From the NCBI GenBank assembly GCA_040752295.1, contig JBFMFE010000322.1, positions 1,682-65,681 on the forward strand: a stretch of DNA of 64,000 nucleotides, in the 5' to 3' direction. How positions within the stretch are numbered: the stretch's first letter is position 1; the number at the start of each line of letters is the position of its first letter. This document shows positions 18,702-29,600 of the stretch, one piece after another. The notes under the pieces were generated by a model. It did no database searches. It saw only the letters and a list, made by a program, of their open reading frames with translations, and was not told where the DNA came from. The stretch comes from a bacterium. GTDB taxonomy: Bacteria > UBP15 > UBA6099 > JBFMBQ01. A program made the translations under genes and the position numbers.

Positions 18702-19709
18702 CTATTTTATTCCCGCGTTCGCGGTTCGTGCGTCCAGGCGGGATGAAATGTCCATGATGTATTCCGTCTGTTCGGGGACGCCGGATATGACAAGACGGCG
18801 GCGTTCTTCGCCGGTTTTTCTTGCGAAGAACGCCGCGAACCGGGCTTTCGCCGGCTGCGTTTTACCCTCGACGACCCTGTCGAGGGCGTAGTGGATGTGT
18901 GGGAACATCGAGATGCCCGAGTTCCCGACAAGCCCGATGGTCTGCCCGCGCTCCACGCGGTCGCCCTCGGTGATCTTGAGAGAGCCTTGCATGAGGTGAT
19001 AGATCTCGCTGACCTCGCCGTTTCCGTGGTCAATCCGGACGAAGTTCGCCTTTCCCATTTTCGTCGTCATGGGTCCGTGGTCCGGCATGTCGTTTTCGGC
19101 TCGCACGATGTCGCCGGGCGCGGGCGCGACGACCTCCCGTCCCCAGGCGAAATAGCTCTCGTTCCGGTTGCTGTTTCCCTTCGACATGGCGCCGTCAATC
19201 ATCACCACTAAGTCCCAGGCGAATTCGTTTCCCGTGCCCTCCTGGTGTGAGATCACGCCCCGGTTGCCCTGCACGACGAACATTTCGCCCCTGAAGGGAA
19301 AGGTCAGGATCGTTTTCTGACCGTCGCCAGCGTCGTTTTCGAGGATGGGGAGGAAGTCGGTTGAGGACAGTCTGCCGGACAGCGCGCATTCGAAGACGGT
19401 TCCGGCGTCGCCGGCGTCGAGCGCGTCGAGGAAATCTTTTATCCGGGGGTACCTGTTGGCGGAGAGCCAATCGGCAATCTTCGCCAGCGCGGACTCTTCT
19501 TTTTCCGTGAGCGCGCCGTCGGCGGCGGCGATGTTTTCGAGCGCGTCGGCGAACCCGCCCGAGGTCGAGCGGATCGGCTCGAAGAGCTTCAGCTTGCAGG
19601 GGCATATCGCCTGAAGATCAGCCGGCGAAGCGAGCAGGGAGCAGGCGCACAGCGCGAGGGCGAGCCTGAGGTGGAAGCCGTGTCCTCGTGGCGGGGCGCT
19701 TTTTTTCAT
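18702..19709 (-). CDS. M23-family peptidase (secreted or lipoprotein)
   Basis: N-terminal signal or lipobox-like segment (LALALCACSLLA). The C-terminal block HxGxD...GLVGNSGISMFPHIHYAL is the LytM/M23 zinc-peptidase signature. Confidence 0.75.
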   Translation of the reverse strand: MKKSAPPRGHGFHLRLALALCACSLLASPADLQAICPCKLKLFEPIRSTSGGFADALENIAAADGALTEKEESALAKIADWLSANRYPRIKDFLDALDAGDAGTVFECALSGRLSSTDFLPILENDAGDGQKTILTFPFRGEMFVVQGNRGVISHQEGTGNEFAWDLVVMIDGAMSKGNSNRNESYFAWGREVVAPAPGDIVRAENDMPDHGPMTTKMGKANFVRIDHGNGEVSEIYHLMQGSLKITEGDRVERGQTIGLVGNSGISMFPHIHYALDRVVEGKTQPAKARFAAFFARKTGEERRRLVISGVPEQTEYIMDISSRLDARTANAGIK

Positions 19710-20767
19710 TTATGTTTCTGGTCGCAGAGATCGAGGCAGATGTTTTTGTCTTCTTCTTTTTTCTCTTTATCGCAGTTCTTTCTGCATTTCTTGAGTTCGC
19801 CTCTTTTTTTTGCCAGCGCTTTAAGCTCCAGCATATAGGCTTCGTGTTCCCTTATCCATCCTCTTTTGAGCGATCTCTGGTAGGAGTCCTCGAGGGATTT
19901 CATAAGCTCGGGCGAGGCCTCGGCGAAACCCACCCCGGCTGTTTTCATGATGTTGAAGACCACTCCCATTTCGGGGTCGTTGTGCGCGTTGAACAGGATC
20001 GCCTTGAACTTGTTCATCACGTCTTGATCGAGGTTTTCTCTGTACACTGGGAACACGCCGTTCGTCATCGCCTCCGTGCAGACGAGCGGAACGACGTTGG
20101 GGTTGCTGCTCTTTATAACCTGGTAGAGCGTTTCCGACATGAGGAAGGTTTCGAAGCTTCCCATCACGACGCCCGTCGGGAGGGCGAAGAAGCTGTCCAC
20201 GGGAACGAGCAGCTTGAAGAACTGCGTAGGAGGCTCGTCTATTCCGTTTTCGTACATCAAAGCCCGCATGGTGGTCCAGTCGAGCTGCGTGCCGCCCGCT
20301 ATTCTCTTCCCCCGGAGGTCCTCAAGTTTTTTGATGCTGGTCCCTTTTTTGATGAAAAGACAGTTTTTCTGGGTTATCTTTCCTCCCACCGTGAGGAGGG
20401 CGACGGGTTTGATCGGGACGTTCTGCTGACGCGCCTCGCGGTAATGGTGGTAATCCATCCAGGAGAAATCCCCTCCCTCCTTGAGCCGTTCCACCGTCTT
20501 GTCCATCGCCTCGTCCTGGCTGTCCTTCGGTGAGCCTACCATCTCGTAGTCGAAGGAAAGCCCGGTCTGCTTCTCTATTTTTTTTATCAGTTCCTCCCCT
20601 ATCTGCTTTATCGTATCGAGCGAGAAGCCCACGCCCTCGATATTGAATGTGGGGGCTATGAAGAGAAGCTTTGTTTTTTCCTGGAGTAATGCCGGCGCGG
20701 AAAGTCCCAGCGCTGATGCTGTCATGAGAACCAGGAAGGATTTTATTCGCGTCATCATTTCCGACAC
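19706..20767 (-). CDS. periplasmic substrate-binding domain protein (PhnD/SsuA-like) with Cys/Lys-rich C-terminal tail
   Basis: Signal peptide MTRIKSFLVLMTASALGLSAPALL. The body resembles ABC-type phosphonate/sulfonate binding proteins. The tail is KKCRKNCDKEKKEEDKNICLDLCDQKHK, with two CxxxC pairs. Confidence 0.5.
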   Translation of the reverse strand: MSEMMTRIKSFLVLMTASALGLSAPALLQEKTKLLFIAPTFNIEGVGFSLDTIKQIGEELIKKIEKQTGLSFDYEMVGSPKDSQDEAMDKTVERLKEGGDFSWMDYHHYREARQQNVPIKPVALLTVGGKITQKNCLFIKKGTSIKKLEDLRGKRIAGGTQLDWTTMRALMYENGIDEPPTQFFKLLVPVDSFFALPTGVVMGSFETFLMSETLYQVIKSSNPNVVPLVCTEAMTNGVFPVYRENLDQDVMNKFKAILFNAHNDPEMGVVFNIMKTAGVGFAEASPELMKSLEDSYQRSLKRGWIREHEAYMLELKALAKKRGELKKCRKNCDKEKKEEDKNICLDLCDQKHK

Positions 20768-20921
20768 CCCCGGGGCGTTTGCGAGACCCGTCTGTTCAAA
20801 TGAGCAGGCTTTCCCTTTATTCGATCTGAAATGTCCTGATCCATGATAGCGACCCGTTTTTGCGGTGTCAAACGGCGGGGCGCGCCCCCCCCGCGGCGCG
20901 GTTGTTTTTCGCCGCGGCGGT

Positions 20922-20951
20922 TTCTCAAACCCTTCCCGCGCGTTGTATAAT
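20922..20951 (+). promoter_or_regulatory. sigma-70-like promoter (TTCTCA-N18-TATAAT) upstream of the FadL-like OMP gene
   Basis: TATAAT at 20946-20951 and TTCTCA at 20922-20927. An 80-nt leader with an AAAGGAGA Shine-Dalgarno precedes the ATG at 21031. Confidence 0.3.
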
Positions 20952-21030
20952 ACTCACTACCTTTTATGAGAAAAACCGCGCCTGTATTACACCCGTCGTT
21001 CCCGCGGACTGTTTGGGAAAGGAGACCGTC

Positions 21031-22101
21031 ATGAAGAAACTGTTTGCGCCGGTTTTACTGACGCTGGCGTTTTCCAGCGGCGTTTTCGCCGCGAAGGTAG
21101 CCATGGAAGAGTTGAACGGCTCGGACCTCGGCATGGGCGTCGGCGCGAGGGCGATAGGGATGGGGGGCGCGTTCGCCGCGCTTGCGGACGACGCCTCCGC
21201 TATGTACTGGAACCCCGCGGGGCTGACGCGGCTCGACACGAACGAGACGATGCTGATGGCGGACCAGGACCCCATTCGTTACACCTTCAAGGCGATGGTG
21301 TTCCGTCCGAAGGAGTGGAGGAGAAAGAAGTCCAGTCCCGCTTTCGGCGCGGCGCGCACCAACAGGCTCAAGTACAGGGGTGAGGGCGACTGGAGAAACG
21401 ACACCTTCGCGCAGCATCTCATAGACCTGAGCATGATTGACGTGGACCTCGACGAGCCGAAGTGGGCGGGGACCGGCGGCATTGACTCGCGGACGTGGGA
21501 CTCCAGATTTTCTTTCGCCTGGACCTTCCCGTCAATGGAGCGTCTTTCGATGGGCGTGAGCTACGTTGATTTCAAGTGCGTGACCACCTTTTACGCCGGA
21601 TGGCTCCAGAACGCGTGCCAGGTCGTGGCATACGACGCGTGGGACCTCGGGCTGCTGTACCGCGCCGGCGGGAAGATGCAGTATGGATTGACGCACCGTA
21701 ACCTCTTCGAACAGACCAAGCCGAAGTATCTCACGGTCGCCGCCGCTCTTTTCAAGAACGAGGACACCACTTTCACGCTCGACGTCGAGCGCATTTTCGG
21801 CAACTACAGCAGTAACCTGCGGAAGGTCCGGTTTCTGATGGTTCGGGCGGGGATGGAGCGCCGTCTCGACCAGCGCTGGGCGCTGCGCGCCGGGCTTATC
21901 TTTCCCCTTCAGGCGCATACGTCCACGCTCGGCGACCTCAAGGCGAACCTCCCCAGTCCCGGGTTCGGCGGCGCGTTCGGCGTCGGATACACGTACAAAA
22001 CCACCTCGCTGGACCTCGCCGTGTTCGGCGACCCCGGAAGGAGCTACGTCGAGCATGACGCAAGGATAAATTACTCGCTCACCCTGACGCAGAGGATGTG
22101 A
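21031..22101 (+). CDS. FadL/OmpP1/TodX-family outer-membrane beta-barrel transport protein (PorV-like)
   Basis: Signal peptide MKKLFAPVLLTLAFSSGVFA. The N-terminal motif LNGSDLGMGVGARAIGMGGAFAALADDASAMYWNPAGL matches the FadL hatch motif (LNE.S.SGLGRA..GE.A.ADDAS....NPA). Beta-strand-rich alternating pattern throughout. The true start is the ATG at 21031, not the ORF start at 20860. Confidence 0.65.
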   Translation: MKKLFAPVLLTLAFSSGVFAAKVAMEELNGSDLGMGVGARAIGMGGAFAALADDASAMYWNPAGLTRLDTNETMLMADQDPIRYTFKAMVFRPKEWRRKKSSPAFGAARTNRLKYRGEGDWRNDTFAQHLIDLSMIDVDLDEPKWAGTGGIDSRTWDSRFSFAWTFPSMERLSMGVSYVDFKCVTTFYAGWLQNACQVVAYDAWDLGLLYRAGGKMQYGLTHRNLFEQTKPKYLTVAAALFKNEDTTFTLDVERIFGNYSSNLRKVRFLMVRAGMERRLDQRWALRAGLIFPLQAHTSTLGDLKANLPSPGFGGAFGVGYTYKTTSLDLAVFGDPGRSYVEHDARINYSLTLTQRM

Positions 22102-22152
22102 ATTCCGCGCCCTTCTGCCCGGCGCGCCGGTCGCGGCGCCGGTTCGGCTTCC

Positions 22153-23529
22153 ATGTCCGGCTCATCATCAGCCCCCGAAGATCGTCTCCCCTTATGGCGC
22201 GGGCTTATGTACGCGTCGGGCAACCTGTCGAGCCAGTTCCTCCAGTGGGCTTTCGTGATGTACCTCGCTTTTTACTACTCTCCCGGCGGCGGCACGGGAT
22301 TCAGGGAACTTCTCCCCATAGGACTCACGACGGCGGTCCTCGCCGTCGGGCGCTTCCTCGACGGATTCCTCGAGCCGGTCGTGGGTTACTGGAGCGACCG
22401 CACCCGCACACGGTGGGGACGCCGCATCCCTTTCATAATGTTCGGGGGATTTCCGATGTGCCTTTTCTTCCTTCTCATGTGGTATCCGCCTTTCCCCGAC
22501 AGCCTCCCGCTCACCACCCTGCATCTCGTCGTCACCAACACCGCGTTCTGGTTCTGCATAACGCTCGTGTTCTGCCCGTACCTCGCCCTCCTTCCCGAGA
22601 TAGCGAGGTCAAGCCAGGACAGGGTCTTCATATCGCAGCTCATGCAGGTTTTTCTCATGCTGGGCACCGGCTTGGTGATGATACTGCCCTCCGTTTTCAA
22701 GAGGAACGATTATGGACACACGGGGATGTACGCCGTCGTCGCGCTTCTCGCGCTTGTCGCCATCTACATGCCCGTGGTCGGTGTGCCGGAAAAAAGGTTC
22801 ACGCGCGCCAGGGGGGACGAGGACGACTATACCATTCTCCAGGCGCTGAAATGGACCTTCACCAACAGGGCTTTCCTCGTTTACGTGATCAGTTCCCTCT
22901 TCATGCTCCTCGGGTTTCAGACGATACTGAACACGTTCATGTACGTCATCACCGTTTTTCTCGGGAAGCCCCAGTCGTTCACCGCCGTCGTGTTCGGCAT
23001 CATTGCCGTATCGGTTTTCGTGTCTTTCTTTTTCATCCACAGGTTCGCATCAAGATATTCCAAGAAACTGATGCTTTCGGTTTCCTACCTCGCGCTCTGC
23101 GCCGCGCTGCCGATGCTGTATCTGCTCGACGCCGAGACCGTTTTCGGAATGCCCACCATCACGGTCGCCTGCGTGTTTTTCTTCATCATGGGCGTGCCCG
23201 TGGCGGGCATCATATGCCTGGGGCTGCCCATCATCGCCGACATCGCCGATTACGATGAGAAGGTGACGGGGAAGCGCAGGGAAGCCATTTTCTTCGGCGC
23301 CCAGGGGATTCTCCAGAAATACACGATTTCGCTCACGTATCTGACGCAGGGTTTTCTGTTCGGGAGGTTCGGATATTCAGTTGACAACCCCTTCGGGATC
23401 AGGTTGATCGGACCCGTCACGGCGGTGTTCGTGCTTTTAGGGCTGGTAATTTTTCTGTGCTATCCCCTCGACGAAAAGACGCTCACACTCAAGCCGACGA
23501 TTCCGTTCCGCTGGAAAAAGACCCGGTGA
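22153..23529 (+). CDS. MFS transporter, glycoside-pentoside-hexuronide (GPH):cation symporter family
   Basis: GYWSDRTRTRWGRRIPF is the GPH/MelB signature loop. The 458-aa protein has about 12 predicted TM segments. Confidence 0.75.
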   Translation: MSGSSSAPEDRLPLWRGLMYASGNLSSQFLQWAFVMYLAFYYSPGGGTGFRELLPIGLTTAVLAVGRFLDGFLEPVVGYWSDRTRTRWGRRIPFIMFGGFPMCLFFLLMWYPPFPDSLPLTTLHLVVTNTAFWFCITLVFCPYLALLPEIARSSQDRVFISQLMQVFLMLGTGLVMILPSVFKRNDYGHTGMYAVVALLALVAIYMPVVGVPEKRFTRARGDEDDYTILQALKWTFTNRAFLVYVISSLFMLLGFQTILNTFMYVITVFLGKPQSFTAVVFGIIAVSVFVSFFFIHRFASRYSKKLMLSVSYLALCAALPMLYLLDAETVFGMPTITVACVFFFIMGVPVAGIICLGLPIIADIADYDEKVTGKRREAIFFGAQGILQKYTISLTYLTQGFLFGRFGYSVDNPFGIRLIGPVTAVFVLLGLVIFLCYPLDEKTLTLKPTIPFRWKKTR

Positions 23530-23579
23530 CGCGCGCTTGCCGCCCGCACGTACGGTACGGTTTATGTTCCCTGCGGGCG

Positions 23580-23599
23580 CCGGGGGCATGTGCCCCCGG
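23580..23599 (+). terminator. perfect 20-nt palindrome (CCGGGGGCA TG TGCCCCCGG), candidate terminator or operator after the MFS gene
   Basis: 9-bp GC-rich stem, 50 nt downstream of the MFS stop. It is followed by TACTGGATTTCGAAATTT, which is only moderately T-rich. Confidence 0.35.
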
Positions 23600-23635
23600 T
23601 ACTGGATTTCGAAATTTCCCTCGAGTTTAAAAAAT

Positions 23636-23663
23636 TTGCTTTTTCAGGAAAAAGGTTTAGAAT
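23636..23663 (+). promoter_or_regulatory. sigma-70-like promoter (TTGCTT-N16-TAGAAT) for the giant S8 protease gene
   Basis: AT-rich island TTTAAAAAATTTGCTTTTTCAGGAAAAAGGTTTAGAATTTG. A GGAGGG Shine-Dalgarno lies 12 nt before the GTG start at 23691. Confidence 0.4.
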
Positions 23664-23690
23664 TTGATACCGGAGGGAATATAACATTCA

Positions 23691-26600
23691 GTGATCTGTA
23701 GAAGATCAGTTTTTGCGTCTCTTATAGTTATTTTCTGCGCGACCGGCGTTTTCGCGGGCGAATTCACGCGTACGTTTTCACAGGGTTGGCAGCTTGTAAC
23801 CTTTCCTTTTACGTTCGAGAACGCGGGCGACGCCTGCAAGTTGCTCGGCGAACGTGATTTCGCCCTTTTCGGGGTCAGGGACGGCAGGTACATCCCCTGC
23901 ACGGAGGTCGCCGGGATAAACCCGGGGCAGGGTTACTGGGTCCATCTGCCGGCGGGCACGTCAGCGCTCTCCGGAACCCCGGTAAGCGCCGCCGGCGGTT
24001 TCACCATACCGGTATCACCCGGGTGGAACCTTATAGGGAACCCATTCCTTTCCGAAATTGACTTGGTACAGTCGGCGAGCGTCGGCGGCGTGAGCCTGGA
24101 GAACGCGGACGGCGTTTCAGCCGTGGTTTTCGGGTACGACGCCGCGGAAAAGAGATACGCGGCGACCACGGTGCTGAAGCCGTGGGAGGGATATTTTCTC
24201 TATTCCCGCGTCGCCGCGGTCCTCGAACTGTCGCCCCCGACCGATTCCGGCACGCCCGAACCCGCGGCGCCCCAGGTTGTGACGATCCGGATAGAAAGCG
24301 CCCCCGATGGAACCGGGCGGGAAGTCGGTCCGCTTGACCTTCTGCCCGGTGAGGAAGTTACCTTCTGGGCTGCCGGATACGATAAAGCCGGCGGATACCT
24401 GGGTGGCGTCGAAGCGCAATGGGCGGCGGAAGGGACGCTCGGAGCGCTGTCGGCGGCGAGCGGGGTTTCGGTGAGTTACCGCGCGGATTCCGGCGGGAGG
24501 GCGGGGACCGTCGCGGCGGCATACGGTCAGGCGGCGGACTCGACGGGAAGAGTCGTGGTGGTGGATGATTCACCTCTTTCCGCTTATCCCTTCGGCGAGG
24601 AAGACCCCGTGGCGCGCGATGACGCCGGCGTTCCGTACATTTCGGATCAGCTTCTGGTAGCCGTCGCGCCCGGCACTGCCGACGCGCGCGTGGAGGAACT
24701 GGCGGGCGGAATCGGCGCGAAGGTCGTGGGCAGGAACTCCGCTGCTGGCGTGTACCAGTTTAAACTCGAATCCACGACGCCGCAGGACGCCGCCGCCGCC
24801 CTCGACGGGCTTCCCGAAATCAGAACGGCATCGCCCAATTACCTTTTGGCTCCCAGCGCCGTTCCCGCCGACCCCGTCTTCGACGCCGCGGCGCCGTATA
24901 TCGAGAGATGGGGTTTTGAAAAAGTAGGAATGACATCGGTGTGGAAGGAGTACGCCCCCGTCGGCGACCCCGTCATCGCTGTTCTCGACACCGGCGTGGA
25001 CGCTTCTCACCCTGAGCTTGCCGGGAGGGTATCCGGCGGCGTCAATCTTATCTCGCCCGCTGCCGGCACGGGGGACGTTTACGGGCACGGCACGCCGATA
25101 GCGGGCGTGGCGGCAGCGAAGGGCGACAACGCGGCGGGCATCGCCGGGATGTGCTGGAACTGCCGGATAATGCCCGTCAAGGTGTGCACCGACGCCGGCA
25201 CGTGCCCGCTGTTCACCGTGCTCGACGGCATAACGTACGCGGTGAACAACGGGGCGAGGATTGTCAACATCAGCGTGGGCGCCGATTTCCCGTCGGGTTC
25301 TCCCGTGGAGCAAATAGTCCGAGCGATCACGCGCGACGCCTATTACCGCGGCGCTCTTGTCGTTGCCGCGGCGGGCAACGGCGGACACGACTCCGGCACT
25401 TTCCTGCCGGGCGCCGACAGGTATGTTATGTCCGCGGGGGCGTCGGACGAGGACGACCAGCGCGCCTCATTTTCGAACTACGGGACGAGAGTGGACGTCG
25501 CCGCGCCTGGAAAGCAGGTTTACACCACCGGCGCGGGCGGCGGCTATGTTTACCGGAGCGGGACATCGTTCTCCGCCGCGTTCGTATCGGGTCTCGCCGG
25601 GATAGTGCTTTCAATCCACCCGGACATGAGCGTTAACACTCTCAAAAGTTATATTTCATCCAACGTTGACGTGATATCCACGGACCGCCCCATCGGCGGA
25701 AGGATCAACGCCGGGAAGGTTCTTCAGTCGCTGATGAGTTCAAACCTGCCGCCGGTCATTTCGAGCCTTGTCGCGGAAAGGCTGCTGGTGAGGACGGGGG
25801 AGACCGTTCAACTGACGCTTGCGGCGGGCGATCCCGACGGCGACCCGCTGAACGTGGAGTGGAATCCTACCGCCGGGACCGTCGCGCCGGCAGGCGCATG
25901 GTCGCCGGCGTGGCAGGCGCCCGCCTCCCGTGGGGAGATTGTCATCGCCGTCACCGTCAGGGACACGCAGGGTGCGGTGGACGCGGCGGAGATACGCATC
26001 GCGGTGCTGGACGGCGCCGCCGCTGAGGTGAGGATCGAGCCGGATTCGCCGACGGTGGGGCAGGGCGGCACGGTCGCGCTTTCCGCATACGCATACGACG
26101 CGCCCGCACTGGGCGGTACGGCGTCTCCCGTGAGAGTCTATCCCGTATGGAGCGTGACCGGGGGAGTGGGGACTGTTTCGGCGGACGGCGTTTTTGCGGC
26201 GACGAACGCGGGGACGGGCATGGTGACGGCGGCGATTGACGGTCTGACCGGGACGACTTCGGTAACGGTCACGCCGGGTACTTCGCCGTCGCTCACGCCG
26301 GCGGCGACGAACGTTCCCTGCGGCAACGACTGGCCCATGATGGGCTGCAACCTCTCGCGCAACGACCAGTCGTCGCTCGAACTGCCCGGACCGATGACGG
26401 TACGCCAGGTATTCTCAACGGTCGCCAACATGATGGCTGGTCCGTTGATGGTCAACGGCAGGGCTTACGCCGTGGACCTTGGCGGGAACCTGTACTGCAT
26501 CGATCAGAATACCTGGACACAGATATGGACGGTTCCTCTGGCGGGTGGAATTCCCTACAGGTCGCCTGTGGCGGCGAACGGCGCGGTGTACGTACTCAAC

Positions 26601-29600
26601 AACGGAGGAATTCTATACAAACGCAACCTCGACGGCACACCCGTCTGGCAGTACAGCCCCGCTTCGGGGTACGGCGTGGGTTACTCGACGCTGGCAGCCA
26701 CCTCCGATTCAGTGTATTACGTATCGTACAACTTCAGCGGACTCGACGGAGAGGTCATAGCCCTGAACGACGCGGATGGGTCGGAGAAGTGGCCCCCCCT
26801 CAACATCTTGTACCCGTCGCAGTACGTAAGCATCGCGGTGGAGACCGTCGGCGCAACGGAGATGCTTTTTGTCGGGAAGAGGAGACACGACATTGACAAG
26901 CTCAGATACATGGCGGTGAACGCCTCGACCGGCGCGATCGTGTGGGAGCAGGAAGTTGTGATCATCGGGGGATCGTCTTTCAGGGGCTCGCCGGTTGTGG
27001 AGGGTAACGCCCTTTACGCCCTCGAGGAATCCGGGAACATCGTGAAATTCGATGCGACAACGGGGAGTGTAATTTGGGTTCATGATCTCGGGCAGTGGGT
27101 TTACGGTGACATGGCATACAGGGATTCGGTTCTTTACGTCGGCACCATAGACGGGTACGTGCACGCGATTCTTGACAGCGGCTTGACGTCGTCGGAGCTG
27201 TGGGTTTCGGAAAAGTTTGGAGGCGTTGCCGGCGCCGAGTTTTTCGGTGCGCCGGCGATAACCGGCAGTTACGTCATCGCGGGCGGAGTGGGAGCGGGCG
27301 CGCCCGGAACGTTCAAAATCCTCAACCGTGCGGACGGGAGCACGTACCAGACAATCCTGTTCAGCTGCAACTATTCCGACTCGCCCGCGGTCGGTTTTTA
27401 TCCCACAAGCGGCGAAACCGAAATCTACATGACGTGCGACGGTCCCAAGTACGTGATCGCGTTTGAAAGAAACTACCCTCCGAACATAATTTCCCTCAGC
27501 TACACCCCGCCGGGGCAGGTCGTCCCCGGCGGCAGTACGGACGTGTTCGTTCAGGTTGAAGACCCGAACCAATCGGGAGGCACTCCATGCTCCGACATTT
27601 TCGCGGTGGAGATTGACCTCGGGCTGGTGGGGGGGGCGACGGCGACGCTTCTTGACGACGGGTTCCCGCCCGACGCCGCGGCGGACGACTGCCTGTTCAC
27701 CGCGACGATAACCGTCGAGCCGGGCACGTCCGCGGGGCTTAAGCCACTGCTCGTCACCGCGTACGATTACGGAAACTTCACCGATGCCACCGACACTCCG
27801 AACCTGGAGGTGCTCCAATCCGCGCCGACCGTCGTGAGCGTCACGTTCACGCCGCCGGACGTCGTGAACAACGGCGCGGACACCACGCAGGTCTCCGTCG
27901 TTGTCGAAGACCTGAACGACTCGATAAACGCCGTCATGGTTGACCTCGACGAGATAAACGGCGCCTCCGGCACTGAGTGGCTCGACATCACCGCCGGCTG
28001 CGGCGCGTTCTCGACCACCACCCACCAGGTCACGTGCACCTTCGCCGGAATAACCGCCGACCCCAGCACGACGCTCGGTTTCAAGACCATCCCCGGCAGA
28101 GCGATTGACGATTTGTACGACGTCTCCGGCTCACCCACTCCCAACAACTTGGAGGTGATCGACCTCGGCTCGTTCAGGGTGACCGCAAGCCCGACGTCCC
28201 TTCCTGTGAACACCGACACGACCATAACCATCGAAGCCTACGATGACAACGGCAGCCTGATAGACACGTACGTCAACGCCGTCGCGATAGACCTCTCCCA
28301 GACCGGTGCCGCAACGGGGACGACGCTGACCTGGAGCGGGGCGGGAGTGACCAACAACGGGGACGGCACGGGCTTCATCGCCACGGGAACGTTCGTCGCG
28401 GGCGTTGCGACCGTCAAGTTGAAAAACATACGCGCCAACGAAACGATAACCGCCGCCGCCACCAACCCCTCGGACGGGTCAACGGGCAACACGTCCCTGA
28501 CCGGCACCAATGTAACGTGGACGCCGGGTCCGCTCGCTAAATTCGTGGTCACGGCCAATCCCACGACCCCGGTCATCGGAACGGCAGCCACCGTCTCCAT
28601 CAAGGCGTATGACGCGTACGACAACTTCATAGGCACGTACGAAAACGACGACGGCCCGATAGACCTCCAGGCGGAACTCGCGGGGTTTCCATGCCCGAGC
28701 GCGACGATGTGGTGGACGGCTGTTGCGCCGGCGACCATCACCGACCTCGGAGGCGGCTGCGCCACGCTCGAGATGAACAGCTTCGGCGGCGACGGGGAGG
28801 CGCTCGTCAATATCTATAACACCACCGCCGAGGGTCCCGCGAAGATAACCGCCGCGCACAGCCTCTCCGGAGCGACCGGCAACACCAATGAAACCGGAAC
28901 CGACGTCACCTGGGGCACCGGCGTGCTCGATCACTTCGACGTTTACGCGAACCCGTACGCGTCCGTGCCCGCCGGCGCGACGACCACGGTGTACGTCGAG
29001 GCGCACGACGCCTTCCACAACGTCATCACGACCTTCGACAAAGACATGAACATAACGCAGACCGGCGGCACCGCGTCGGCGATAACTTACTCCGGCGCGA
29101 ACATAGTGGACCTGGGGGGCGGCAACGGAAAAATCCTCGGCGCGGCTTTCGTGAGCGGCCTCGCCGAGTTCTACCCGGCGGACACAAAGGCGACCGAAAC
29201 GGTGCGCTTCACGGCGACCGAGCCGACGTCGGGCGCGTCGGGGAACACCGGCGCAGGCGAAAACCCGCCAACCAACACGGACGTCACCTGGGTGCCGGGC
29301 GCGCTCGCGAAATACATCATACGCGATTCTCCCAACGGCGGGGGAAGCGAGCAGGGCAACAAGATCATGGCGGCGGGCGCCTCTCTCACGCTTTATGCCG
29401 CCGGCTACGACCAGTACGACAACCTGCGAGGCGACGACCCCGCGTGCTGGAGCGTCACCGGAACGCTCGACCCGATAGCGACGGGTCCTTTCAGCGTCAA
29501 CACCTTCATCCCGGCACACGAGGGACCGGAAGGCACCATACACGTGGACGCGCCGGCGGCGCCGGGCGACTGCTCGGCGTTCGACCCCGGCGTCGTCACC

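Noticed and set aside
20892-20919. Inverted repeat CCGCGGCG-N11-CGCCGCGG upstream of the FadL-like gene promoter
   Set aside because: It could be a terminator, but no plus-strand gene ends upstream of it and the minus-strand gene there begins rather than ends. It may simply be GC-rich palindromic filler, so it is not listed as a feature.
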